In this document: in pieces, positions 1 to 9,840 of the stretch | Position numbering within the stretch: the first letter of the stretch is position 1 | Layout of the letters: each line of letters opens with the position of its first letter | Assembly (NCBI GenBank): GCA_963422365.1 | Contig: OY729426.1 | Span: 800,001 to 864,000 of the forward strand | Source: Nitrospirales bacterium | Lineage (GTDB): Bacteria; Nitrospirota; Nitrospiria; Nitrospirales; UBA8639 | Length of the DNA stretch: 64,000 nucleotides | Reading direction: 5' to 3' | The notes under the pieces: generated by a model | What the model was told of the DNA's origin: nothing | The model's input: the letters and a program-made list of their open reading frames with translations, nothing else | The model's database searches: none | Translations under genes and position numbers: made by a program

Positions 1-105
1 CAAGAATCCTAAGAGGATCGTCATAAAGAACACTCGTTTCATCCAGCCTCCATCTGCTACAGTATACAGGAAATATTTTTTGTTCAATTCAGGTGAAAGC
101 CTCAT

Positions 106-981
106 ATGGAATCCAGAGAGATTCCGTGCAAAACGATTCTCAATCCCACGGGCGGATTTTTAGGTCAAGGGTTTACCCATACCATGAATCTGTACCGTGG
201 CTGTGCGCTCGGCAAGACGCTGTGCGGGTTGTTCTGCTATGCCCAGTGGAATGCCTATCACGTCCGGGGGCGGACGTGGGGAAGGTTCCTGGACATCAAA
301 GAAGGAGCGGAGGAAGCGTATTGTACGCACTATGATCGACTGAAGCATCCCACGTCCGGCGACCCTAAGCCCCTCAAGATTTTCATGTCCAGCGTCACCG
401 AGCCCTATCCGCCTCAGGAACGGACAGGACGGCGAACTCGGCAGATGCTGCAAGCCATGCTTGATCGACCGCCGGACCTGTTGGTCATTCAATCGCATAC
501 GCCGTTGGTCGTGGATGATCTTTTTCTGTTGCAGCGCCTTCAGATGCAGTGCGACGTGCAGATTCACATTACGGTGGAGACCGATACTCCAAAACTGCCG
601 GCTCCGTTTCCGAATCACGCCTATTCGCCCCAAGCTCGAATTCAGGCGCTGCATGCCCTGCGGGTTGCCGGTCTCGACGCGGTGGCGACGGTGAGTCCCT
701 TGTTGCCGTTGGATGATCCCCGGCGATTCGCCGGTGAGTTGGAACGGGCCTGCACCCGGGTTATCCTGGATCATTACGTGCTCGGGGACGGCAGCCCTGC
801 TGGGCAACGGACCAAACAGACAGCGCTTCCACGACTGTTACGGGAAACGGGCTATGGCGAATGGACGACGTTACGGAAATTTCATGAAATCGTGGACCTG
901 TTCCGTCTCGTGTTTGGAGGCCATCGGGTCGGCGTGAGCCGGGAAGGGTTTAATGCAGGATCCACGGCTTCAATCATATGA
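106..981 (+). CDS. Radical SAM protein, spore photoproduct lyase (SPL)-like family
   Basis: N-terminal REIPCKTILNPTGG, NLYRGC...C...CYA cysteine cluster, FMSSVTEPYPPQE and SPLLP motifs typical of SPL-like radical SAM proteins. Confidence 0.8.
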   Translation: MESREIPCKTILNPTGGFLGQGFTHTMNLYRGCALGKTLCGLFCYAQWNAYHVRGRTWGRFLDIKEGAEEAYCTHYDRLKHPTSGDPKPLKIFMSSVTEPYPPQERTGRRTRQMLQAMLDRPPDLLVIQSHTPLVVDDLFLLQRLQMQCDVQIHITVETDTPKLPAPFPNHAYSPQARIQALHALRVAGLDAVATVSPLLPLDDPRRFAGELERACTRVILDHYVLGDGSPAGQRTKQTALPRLLRETGYGEWTTLRKFHEIVDLFRLVFGGHRVGVSREGFNAGSTASII

Positions 982-993
982 TGAAAAGAAGAG

Positions 994-1467
994 GTGGGGA
1001 ATAGGATGATGGTCATGAGACCAGACCAGTCACGAAGTCACAGATGCCGTATCCTTCAACGACGAACGCTGGCATGGGTGATGGTGATCTTCCTGGCGTT
1101 GGCACCGATGGTGGCTCAAGCGCAAACCGAACCTCATCCCCTGGACACCTTTCTCACGGATATTCTGGACTTTGCCGACCCCACCGGCATTCGGGGCACC
1201 ATTCGCTATCTTGACTTCGACGGACCGGTGCTCTGGTTGAATTGGGAGCAACGCTCCGATGACGAGCCGCTATTCCAAACCGGATGGACCCTCGTTCCTG
1301 GTGAGGCCACACTGGCCGTCCATCCACGAGCTTCCGATCCCATCATCGATCTGCGAGCCCTCCGGAACGGGACTGCCGTGGAATTGATCATTCAACTCGA
1401 CCCCGAGGGCAAACGCCGGATTCTGTCGTTTCGAGACATGTCCCAGCCGCCAGACATTTCTCTATAA
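994..1467 (+). CDS. Hypothetical exported protein, possible OB-fold; start uncertain
   Basis: 157-aa ORF with signal-peptide-like hydrophobic stretch ending AQA, co-oriented 12 bp after the radical SAM gene. Confidence 0.6.
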   Translation: MGNRMMVMRPDQSRSHRCRILQRRTLAWVMVIFLALAPMVAQAQTEPHPLDTFLTDILDFADPTGIRGTIRYLDFDGPVLWLNWEQRSDDEPLFQTGWTLVPGEATLAVHPRASDPIIDLRALRNGTAVELIIQLDPEGKRRILSFRDMSQPPDISL

Positions 1468-1741
1468 CTGTGTGTGTTGGGTGCATTGCCGAGGTAAGGG
1501 CTGAGCGGATCGATCAATCCGTGGTTCAAAGAAAAATTGATGCATGAAACGTCATGGTGCGGTATGATCAACGGGCCATGGATTGGGTCCATGGCCGGCG
1601 CATGTATGTGAGGTGACCGTGGGTCGTCTCCGGACCAAATCGCAGGATCATCACAAACAGCCACACGATCTCAACCGGGGAACTGGTTAGCTGTTTCTGC
1701 CTGACGGACAGTCGGCTTTTGAAGTCAACAAAGGAGGTGTC

Positions 1742-2128
1742 ATGATGTTCATGCAAGCGTACACAAACCAGACGTATGCCTTGATGCGGATCTTCGCCGG
1801 GCTGTTGTTTCTCTGGCACGGGACGCAAAAACTCTTTGCCTTTCCCGCGCCTATGCAGCATGAAGCGCCGGCGTTTGTGGTCAACGTTGCCGGTCCCATC
1901 GAATTGATCGGCGGCTTGCTGGTCATGTTGGGGCTGTTCACCCGATGGGCCGCGTTCGTATGCAGCGGACTGATGGCCGCGGCGTATTGGATGGTTCATG
2001 GGACGAAGGCGTTTTTTCCGATCATGAACGGAGGAGACTTGGCCGTGCTGTATTGCTTTGCCTTCCTGTTCATCTCAGCACAGGGTTCCGGAATTTGGAG
2101 TGTGGATGCGGCTCGTGATGCGACGTAA
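1742..2128 (+). CDS. DoxX family membrane protein
   Basis: RIFAGLLFLWHGTQKLF, IELIGGLLVMLGLFTRWAA and GSGIWSVD motifs; GGAGG RBS. Confidence 0.9.
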   Translation: MMFMQAYTNQTYALMRIFAGLLFLWHGTQKLFAFPAPMQHEAPAFVVNVAGPIELIGGLLVMLGLFTRWAAFVCSGLMAAAYWMVHGTKAFFPIMNGGDLAVLYCFAFLFISAQGSGIWSVDAARDAT

Positions 2129-2422
2129 TGGGATTGGGCGTCGGCTGGTCAGCTCTCTCTAAGCGCCGGCTCTCCTGTCGTAACTAAACGAAAGACCGGC
2201 AATAGGTACAAGGGTTTTTAACCCCGCCATTTTTGTGCAACGCGTTGTCCGTGGTGCGTGCCACGGCAGTGGTGTCGCCGTGCAGCCGTTGTGCGTGTAA
2301 AATTTGGATGTGCTTCCTGCTCTTCCCTCCTCCACGATTCCCACGCTCAATTCAACAGGCCATCCAGGTATTTCGGCCCTGTAATGTAGACCCCACCGCC
2401 ATACCAGCGTGCGCTAAAGTCA

Positions 2423-2470
2423 GATTATAATCCATATTTCAAATATACATTTGAAATATGGATTATAATC
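2423..2470. promoter_or_regulatory. Perfect 22-bp inverted repeat, probable TetR operator overlapping the promoter
   Basis: GATTATAATCCATATTTCAAAT-atac-ATTTGAAATATGGATTATAATC, 18 bp upstream of the TetR start; contains TATAAT. Confidence 0.8.
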
Positions 2471-2488
2471 GGTTATTCTTTACCAACT

Positions 2489-3121
2489 ATGGCCAAAACT
2501 ACGCGAGAAAAACTGATTGATGCCGCCTTGGAGGTCTTTGGAGAGCGGGGCTATCAGAATTCGACCATTCAGCAAATTGTCGAGCATGCAGGCACCAATA
2601 TTGCATCTATTAACTATCACTTCGGCGACAAAGCACGATTCTACGACGAAGTGGTCTCGCATGCCCTGAATCAGTTGGCAGAACGCGCCGATTTCGGAGA
2701 CGATCAGGCACCTCCTGACGAGCAACTGCGACGATTCATTCGCTGGTTCATGAGTCATGTCGTGGGCGTGACCGACCCCTCCTCATTTCTCGAAAAAATC
2801 CATATACAGGAAATGGTGAATCCCAGTCCGATATTGGATAAACTCGTGGGAACGTTTATTCGCCCGAATCACATGAAGCTCCGCGCCATCGTGGCGGCCT
2901 TGCTGCCGGCAGGCGCTACGGAGCAACACGTTCGCCATCATTGCTTTAGCGTGATTGGGCAGTGTTTGCACTACAAATTTGGAAGGCCGGTGATACAGCG
3001 CTTGTATCCCGATATCGAGTTCACCGCAGACTATGCCGATGTCCTGGCCGAGCACATTGCGGATGTCAGTCTGGCTGGCATGCGTGCGGCCCATGGGTCA
3101 ATGGATCATGACTGCTCATAA
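2489..3121 (+). CDS. TetR/AcrR family regulator (CecR-like C-terminal domain)
   Basis: TREKLIDAALEVFGERGY...AGTNIASINYHFGDK helix-turn-helix; C-terminal FSVIGQC. Confidence 0.9.
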   Translation: MAKTTREKLIDAALEVFGERGYQNSTIQQIVEHAGTNIASINYHFGDKARFYDEVVSHALNQLAERADFGDDQAPPDEQLRRFIRWFMSHVVGVTDPSSFLEKIHIQEMVNPSPILDKLVGTFIRPNHMKLRAIVAALLPAGATEQHVRHHCFSVIGQCLHYKFGRPVIQRLYPDIEFTADYADVLAEHIADVSLAGMRAAHGSMDHDCS

Positions 3122-3139
3122 CGGGATGGAATTTCAGTC

Positions 3140-4618
3140 ATGATGTTCCGGTTTTTTCTGATAAGCCTGTGTATGTTCACCATGAGCGGATGCGTTCTGG
3201 GACCGGAGTATGAGCGGCCGGTGGTAGCCGAACCCGGCAGCTTTCGGATGCAGCAAGGTTCAACTCTTGAGGAGGCGTCCTTGGCAGAGTTGGGATGGTG
3301 GGAGCTCTTTGAGGACGAGAACCTTCAGTCCCTCATCCGAGAGGCATTAGTCGATAATAAGGACTTGAAACTGGCGGTCGCGCGAGTTCGAGAAGCTCGT
3401 GCCCAACTCATTGCCACCGGTGCCGATCAATTTCCCCAGATCGACGGCAAGACCAGTGTTCAACGTAATCAACCGTCTTCGGCCGTGCTTCGGCAGTTCG
3501 GTCTCCCTCGTGATCCTACCCAACCTACTGCCGGCAACCTGACAATCCCCGCCACGAATCAGTTCATGGCCACGGCGGAGCTGTCTTTTGAAATTGATCT
3601 GTGGGGCAAACTTCGTCGAGCCACGGAAGCGGCCCAAGCCGACGTGCTTGCCCGAGAATGGGCACGCCGGACGGTCGTGCTGACGCTGGTGAGCGATCTT
3701 GCCCGGGCGTATTTCGAGCTTCAAGAATTGGATGTTCAACTGGAGCTTGCCCAGCGTACACTCAAGACCCGACAAAAGGCACTCGAGATTACCCGGTTGC
3801 GAACGTTCATGGGGCAGAGTTCGACGCTGGATGTTCGTCGCGCAGAGCAAGCAGTGATTCGCGCTCAGGCCGTCCTTCCCGACCTCGAACGCCAAATCGG
3901 GCACAAGGAAAACCAACTCAGCATCCTGGCGGGACGGAATCCCACGACCATCGTGCGTGGGGCGTCGTTGCGCGATCATCCTTTGCCGCCCGACGTGCCT
4001 GCAGGGTTGCCATCGGCTCTGCTTGAGCGGCGTCCGGATATTGTGGAAGCCGAACAACAGTTAGTTGCAGCCAATGCCAAAATCGGCGTGGCCAAAGCGG
4101 CGTTTTTCCCTCAGATGAGTCTCACGGGAAATTTCGGCGCACAGAGCGTACAATTTGCCGACCTTTTTGTCGGTACCTCGCGGATCTGGTCGCTGGGGCC
4201 TGCGCTTACCGTGCCCATTTTTAACGCGGGGCGCCATCGAGCCAATTTGGAAATAAGGAGAGCCCAACAAGAGCAGGCGCTTCTTTCCTACGAACGGACC
4301 ATTCAGCAAGCCTTTCGAGAAGTGGAAGATGCCCTCATTGCTCATCAAAAAATTCGAGAGGTCCTGACAGACCAGGAACGACTGGACGACCTTGCCCGTG
4401 AAGCCTTGGAGTTGGCACAACTCGAATACCTGAATGGGAAAGCCTCGTACTTGGCGGTCCTGGTGGCTCAGCGCGAGGTGTTTCAAGCGAAAACTTCCTT
4501 GGCTCAAACTCAACGCAATCAACTCCTCGCCGTCGTTCACTTGTATAAATCCCTTGGGGGCGGATGGAATCAGCAACCCGCGTCGCAGGACCTCGCCATG
4601 CGGGAGGTGCCCCGGTGA
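3140..4618 (+). CDS. RND efflux outer membrane factor lipoprotein (NodT/OprM family)
   Basis: Lipobox MSGC, FEIDLWGKLRR, PSALLERRPDI and LYKSLGGGW motifs. Confidence 0.95.
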   Translation: MMFRFFLISLCMFTMSGCVLGPEYERPVVAEPGSFRMQQGSTLEEASLAELGWWELFEDENLQSLIREALVDNKDLKLAVARVREARAQLIATGADQFPQIDGKTSVQRNQPSSAVLRQFGLPRDPTQPTAGNLTIPATNQFMATAELSFEIDLWGKLRRATEAAQADVLAREWARRTVVLTLVSDLARAYFELQELDVQLELAQRTLKTRQKALEITRLRTFMGQSSTLDVRRAEQAVIRAQAVLPDLERQIGHKENQLSILAGRNPTTIVRGASLRDHPLPPDVPAGLPSALLERRPDIVEAEQQLVAANAKIGVAKAAFFPQMSLTGNFGAQSVQFADLFVGTSRIWSLGPALTVPIFNAGRHRANLEIRRAQQEQALLSYERTIQQAFREVEDALIAHQKIREVLTDQERLDDLAREALELAQLEYLNGKASYLAVLVAQREVFQAKTSLAQTQRNQLLAVVHLYKSLGGGWNQQPASQDLAMREVPR

Positions 4619-5886
4619 CGGACGCACTCGTCTCAGCGGACACAAAATCAACCATGTTGAGGATTGTCCTGCCTCTTGTCGTCATCGCATTGGCCGTCTT
4701 GGTGGCATGGTTCTTGATTGTCTCTGGTCCTACCGTACCCAAAGCCTCGAGAGGCGTCAAACCGACCTTTGTCGAAGTCCTGACCGCACGAGTCCAAAAC
4801 GAGCGCGCGGTCATCACCGCGTATGGGACCGTACAAGATCATCAGCGATTGATCGTTCAACCGGAAGTCAGTGGCCGGGTGGTAAAACTCAATCGTCGTT
4901 TAGTGATTGGAGAAACCCTGGGGAAAGGGGCAACCTTGTTGCAGATCGATCCGCGTGATTATCAGGTGGCGGTGGATGAGCAACGAGCCTTCTTGGCGAA
5001 AGCCGAATTTGATTTGAAGGTGGAACTGGGCAATCAAGCCGTTGCAAAACGCGAATGGACCCTGTTGAACCCGTCTGCCGACGAAGTCACTGCGTTGAGT
5101 CGACAACTGGCGCTTCGCCGTCCGCATCTCAAAGAAAAACGCATTGCGTTGATAGCGGCGAAGAGTCGGTTACGTAAGGCGCAGTTGGACTTACAGCGAA
5201 CGATTCTACGAGCCCCGTTTCATGCGTTGGTGCTCAATGAATCCGTCGAGAAGGGCCAACTCATCAATGCGCAAAGTTCCGTGGCGACATTGGTCGGCAC
5301 GGATGAGTTCCGGGCGCAAGTGAGTGTGCCCATACAGCAGTTGGATTGGATTTCCTTTCCCGGCCCCGGTCGCCCTCACGGATCACCCGTTCGGATAATT
5401 CGCGAACGCGGCAACAGCGAACCGGTGGTGCGGCAGGGAACCGTCGTCGAATTGCTGGGCGACGTGACGCAAAATGGCCGGATGGCACAGATTCTGGTCT
5501 CAATCCCGGATCCTTTGGAATTGAAAAAGCCCGCCAAGGTTCGTCGTCCCCTCTTATTGGGCGAATACGTCCACGTCGAAATAGAAGGTCCCGAGTTCCA
5601 CGACGTGATTGTCTTGCCTCGAGATACGATTCGGGAAGGCACTCGTGTCTTGGTCAAAAATGCCGAGAATCAATTGGAAGTGCGTCCGGTTGAAGTCGTC
5701 CTTTCTCGAAAGGATACGGTCCTCATCAGCCAAGGCCTTCAGGACGGAGAGGAGGTCATTACGAGTCAAGTCCCTGCGGCGATTCCCGGGCTACTGGTGC
5801 AGACCCTTGATGAACCCACGTCTCCTGCGAGTCCTTCTCCGGAATCCGGTGATCCCGGACACGCGTCAGCCGTACTTACCGAGTAA
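4615..5886 (+). CDS. RND efflux periplasmic adaptor (membrane fusion protein)
   Basis: GTG overlapping the upstream TGA (GTGA) with GGGAGG RBS; N-terminal TM, PEVSGRVV, LQRTILRAPF and GLQDGEEVIT motifs. Confidence 0.9.
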   Translation: MTDALVSADTKSTMLRIVLPLVVIALAVLVAWFLIVSGPTVPKASRGVKPTFVEVLTARVQNERAVITAYGTVQDHQRLIVQPEVSGRVVKLNRRLVIGETLGKGATLLQIDPRDYQVAVDEQRAFLAKAEFDLKVELGNQAVAKREWTLLNPSADEVTALSRQLALRRPHLKEKRIALIAAKSRLRKAQLDLQRTILRAPFHALVLNESVEKGQLINAQSSVATLVGTDEFRAQVSVPIQQLDWISFPGPGRPHGSPVRIIRERGNSEPVVRQGTVVELLGDVTQNGRMAQILVSIPDPLELKKPAKVRRPLLLGEYVHVEIEGPEFHDVIVLPRDTIREGTRVLVKNAENQLEVRPVEVVLSRKDTVLISQGLQDGEEVITSQVPAAIPGLLVQTLDEPTSPASPSPESGDPGHASAVLTE

Positions 5887-5894
5887 CCCCGTCC

Positions 5895-8800
5895 ATGGCG
5901 TCTCCCGACCAACCCTCTTCCGGTCCGATTGCGTGGATGACTCGCCACGCGGTGGCAGCCAACCTCGTCATGTTGATTTTTATTTTCGCGGGGTTACTCA
6001 TCAGCACCCGCGTCAAGCAGGAAGTCTTTCCGGAGTTTGACGTCGATGTGATTCGCGTCTCCGTGGCCTATCCCGGTGCCAGCCCGGAAGAGGTCGAGCA
6101 AGGGATTCTTCTCTCCATTGAAGACGTCGTGAGAGGTTTGGACGGTGTGAAAGCAATCACCTCCACGGCCTCTGAGGGCCGGGCCTTAGTGGAAATTGAG
6201 TTGGTGTCCGGAGTCAACGTCAATCATGTCTTGCAAGATACCACGAACGAGATTGACCGCATTCAGTCATTTCCGGAATTGGCGGAGGAACCCATTATCG
6301 GGTTAGTGGAAGTTCGGAAGCAGGTCCTGACCGTGTTGGTGCACGGTGATCTGGAAGAGCAGACCCTGCGTGACGTGGCCGAACGCATTCGTGATGCATT
6401 GTTGCAACGACCGGAGATCACGCTCGTGGAATTGGGTGTGGCCCGTCCACGAGAAATTTCCATTGAAGTGCCTCAACGGTATCTTCGGGCCTATGGTCTG
6501 ACCCTCAAGCAGATTGCCAACGAGATAGGGGAAGCCGCTATTGAGCTTCCCGGGGGAGGAGTCAAAACCTCTAGTGGCGAAGTGTTATTGCGGACGAAGG
6601 AGCGTCGTGATTTTGGCCGGGAATATGCTGAAATTCCTGTGGCCTCGACGCCGGATGGTGCCACCATCACCGTGGACAGGATTGCGACGATCACAGACGG
6701 GTTTGAGGAGACCGACGAAGAGGCCTTCTACAATGGCCAACGGGCGGTCCAAGTCAAAGTGTTTCGAGTCGGCATGGAAACGCCACAGTCCGTGTCCGAC
6801 AGCGTGCATGCGTATTTGGAGGAATTGCGACCGGAATTGCCGGATGGCCTTGGCTTGGCGACTTGGAATGACCAATCCGAGATTTATCGAGACCGGATGC
6901 GGCTGTTAGTGAAGAACTCGTTGCTTGGCTTGCTTCTGGTCCTGTTGCTCCTGGGCTTATTTTTGGACCTCAAGCTGGCGTTTTGGGTCACGGTCGGTCT
7001 GCCCACTTCCATCATCGGGTCTTTCGTGTTCATCCCCCTCACGGGAGCCTCCATCAATATGATTTCCTTGTTTGCGTTCATTGTCACGCTTGGAATCATC
7101 GTCGACGATGCCGTGGTCGCGGGTGAAATCATTTATCAAAAACGGGAACAGGGCCTGCCTTTTCTCCAAGCGGCTATTGTCGGGGCTCGGGAGATTGCCG
7201 GTCCCATCACGTTTGCCGTGCTGACCAATATCGCGGCGTTCTTGCCCTTGTTTTTCGTGCCGGGTGACGTTGGCAATTTCATGCGGCAGATTCCCTCGGT
7301 GGTGGTGGCGGTGTTTGTGGTGTCGCTGGTTGAGTCCTTGTTTGTGTTGCCGGCTCATTTGGCCCATGCGCGAGAGCCCTCAGAGTTTTGGAAAACACTC
7401 GATCGCCCACGACGTTGGTTGAGTCACGCCATGCAGACCTTTATACACGAACACTATCAACCGTTTCTCCGAACCGCTCTCGCCAATCGCTATTTGACGG
7501 TGGCGGTGGGGGTGGCCTTGTTGATCCTGACGGCAGGCACGGTAGCCGGCGGTCATATCCCCTTTAGTTTTCTCCCAGCTATTGACTCCGACATTGTCAC
7601 GGCGCAAGCCACCCTGCCTTATGGTGTCCCTCTAGAACAGTCCCGGAGAGTCTTGGATCGCCTTCTGGAGTCGGGAAACGCCGCGACCGCTCAACACGGG
7701 GGCGAGGCTGTGGTACGAGGAATCTATGCCCAAATCGGTTCGGCCTTGCAGGGAATGGGGCCGGCGCAGGCTGCGGTGGGTTTGGCCGGCAGCCACATGA
7801 TCGGAGTGCAGGTCTTTTTGGTGCCTGCAGATCAACGGGATTTCAGCGGAGCGGATTTTTCCAATGCCTGGCGAGCAGCCGTCGGGACGGTCCCGGGGCT
7901 GGAGTCTCTGACCTTCAAAGCAGAAATTGGCCCGACCGGTGGGGCGCCGATCGACATTCAGCTCGCTCATCGTTCCAGAGCGATTCTTGAAACCGCTGCT
8001 GAGGAATTGGCGGAGGCGTTGTCACGTTATGCCGGGGTGACGGATATTGATGATGGCGTGTCATTAGGAAAACCGCAATTGAGTTTTCGAATCAAGCCGG
8101 AAGCTCGCAACCTGGGCCTCAATGCGACAGATTTAGCCCAACAAGTGCGTGGGGCCTTTTATGGAGTCGAAGCGCTGCGTCAACAACGAGGACGCGATGA
8201 AGTGAAGGTGATGGTGAGGTTGCCTGAAGCAGACCGCCATTCCTATTTCACGGTCGAACAATTGATCTTGTTAACCGAGCAAGGTGGAGAAATTCCCTTG
8301 GCGGAGGCGGCGGAGATTGAACCGGGACGTGCCTATACGGAAATCAAACGGCGCGAAGGGCGTCGAATCGTGGCGGTCACGGCTGATGTCGATGATCAAA
8401 TCGCCAATGTCAACACCATCCTAGGGGAAGTGACCGCCAATGAGTTGGAAGCGTTGCAAAAAAAATATCCAGGACTCACGTATTCGCTGGAAGGCGAGCA
8501 GGCTTCGCAACAAGAATCGCTTTCTGCCCTGGCCATGGGGTTTGTCTTAGCGCTGCTACTGATCTATGGGTTGCTGGCCATTCCCTTCAGAAGTTATGTG
8601 CAACCGCTTATTGTGATGCTCGGTATTCCCTTTAGCTTCATCGGTGCGGTGGCCGGACACCTTCTTTTGGGCTATGGGCTCAGTATCATGAGTCTGTTCG
8701 GCCTCGTGGCCTTGGCGGGTGTGGTGGTCAATGATTCATTGGTCTTGATCGTCGCGACGAATCAGCTTCGGGGTGAGAAGCACCTGTCCGCCCATGACGC

Positions 8801-9080
8801 AGTGATCCAAGGTGCGATGAATAGGTTTCGGCCTATTGCCCTGACTTCGTTGACCACGTTCTTTGGTTTAGCCCCGATGATGTTTGAGACGGCGTTGCAG
8901 GCTAGGTTTATGATCCCCATGGCCATCTCGCTGGGATTTGGTATCTTATTCGGGACGGTGATTATTGTCATAATTGTGCCTGCGGTCTATCTCATCGTGG
9001 AAGAGCTGTTACGCAGAGGTCAACCGGATCCGGCTGACTCGTTGGCTTCACCGGAACATCCAGAGGCAGAGTCACCGTAA
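5895..9080 (+). CDS. RND efflux permease (AcrB/AcrD/AcrF family)
   Basis: 1061 aa; YPGASPEEVE, GIIVDDAVV (TM4), GVVVNDSLV and RFRPIALTSLTT motifs. Confidence 0.95.
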   Translation: MASPDQPSSGPIAWMTRHAVAANLVMLIFIFAGLLISTRVKQEVFPEFDVDVIRVSVAYPGASPEEVEQGILLSIEDVVRGLDGVKAITSTASEGRALVEIELVSGVNVNHVLQDTTNEIDRIQSFPELAEEPIIGLVEVRKQVLTVLVHGDLEEQTLRDVAERIRDALLQRPEITLVELGVARPREISIEVPQRYLRAYGLTLKQIANEIGEAAIELPGGGVKTSSGEVLLRTKERRDFGREYAEIPVASTPDGATITVDRIATITDGFEETDEEAFYNGQRAVQVKVFRVGMETPQSVSDSVHAYLEELRPELPDGLGLATWNDQSEIYRDRMRLLVKNSLLGLLLVLLLLGLFLDLKLAFWVTVGLPTSIIGSFVFIPLTGASINMISLFAFIVTLGIIVDDAVVAGEIIYQKREQGLPFLQAAIVGAREIAGPITFAVLTNIAAFLPLFFVPGDVGNFMRQIPSVVVAVFVVSLVESLFVLPAHLAHAREPSEFWKTLDRPRRWLSHAMQTFIHEHYQPFLRTALANRYLTVAVGVALLILTAGTVAGGHIPFSFLPAIDSDIVTAQATLPYGVPLEQSRRVLDRLLESGNAATAQHGGEAVVRGIYAQIGSALQGMGPAQAAVGLAGSHMIGVQVFLVPADQRDFSGADFSNAWRAAVGTVPGLESLTFKAEIGPTGGAPIDIQLAHRSRAILETAAEELAEALSRYAGVTDIDDGVSLGKPQLSFRIKPEARNLGLNATDLAQQVRGAFYGVEALRQQRGRDEVKVMVRLPEADRHSYFTVEQLILLTEQGGEIPLAEAAEIEPGRAYTEIKRREGRRIVAVTADVDDQIANVNTILGEVTANELEALQKKYPGLTYSLEGEQASQQESLSALAMGFVLALLLIYGLLAIPFRSYVQPLIVMLGIPFSFIGAVAGHLLLGYGLSIMSLFGLVALAGVVVNDSLVLIVATNQLRGEKHLSAHDAVIQGAMNRFRPIALTSLTTFFGLAPMMFETALQARFMIPMAISLGFGILFGTVIIVIIVPAVYLIVEELLRRGQPDPADSLASPEHPEAESP

Positions 9081-9132
9081 AACGCCGCCGTTGACGCATC
9101 TCCGGCAGCACGTCAAATCGTTGCATCCCGTC

Positions 9133-9759
9133 ATGTCACAGCTCTTGCAGGCGACTCGCCGAACCAGGCAGGCCTATGAAACGCATTCCGCCGTGTATGT
9201 CAAAGCATGGAATCGGCGAAGGCCTCGTATCCCCCCTCATCTTCAGGCGTGGCGACAAGGTCTTCCTTCACGAGGTTGGACATTGGATCTCGGGTGTGGG
9301 CTGGGACAAGATAGTCGATATTTGCAACGAAAGCGCTATCACGTCGTCGGTGTCGATGTGACATGGCCCTTTCTGCGCATCGCCCGAACGCGCAGTTTCC
9401 ACTTGCCTTTGATCCAGGCAGATATGGTTCACCTTCCCTTTGCCGTAGAATCGTTTGATGGAGTCTGGGCTGCGGCTTCGCTGATTCATATCCCGAAGAG
9501 TCATTCCCTCCGCGTCTTCCGAGAGTTGCGTGCCATCACGAAACCAGGCGGGCTTTTGGGGGCGACGATGGCGCATGGGAAGGGGTCGGGGTTTCTTGCC
9601 GATCAATGGATTCGCGGTCGGTTTCTTTCCAGATGGCACAAGCCGGAATTGACACGACTGCTCGAGAAGGCAGGGTGGGAGGTGGTTTCTGTGCAGGTTG
9701 TGGCCAACCAGGAACGAAAAGGTCGGTGGCTCAATCTGTTGGCCAGACGACCTGCTTGA
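9133..9759 (+). CDS. Class I SAM-dependent methyltransferase
   Basis: LDLGCGLGQD motif I, FDGVWAAASLIH, KPGG; start placed at ATG 9133, after the RND stop. Confidence 0.85.
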   Translation: MSQLLQATRRTRQAYETHSAVYVKAWNRRRPRIPPHLQAWRQGLPSRGWTLDLGCGLGQDSRYLQRKRYHVVGVDVTWPFLRIARTRSFHLPLIQADMVHLPFAVESFDGVWAAASLIHIPKSHSLRVFRELRAITKPGGLLGATMAHGKGSGFLADQWIRGRFLSRWHKPELTRLLEKAGWEVVSVQVVANQERKGRWLNLLARRPA

Positions 9760-9840
9760 TCATGCCGGGAGGTCACACGGCACCTTTGCGGCGCCGTGTC
9801 AATGCGATTGAGTCGTTCACGGCAGCTTCCACAGCCTATC

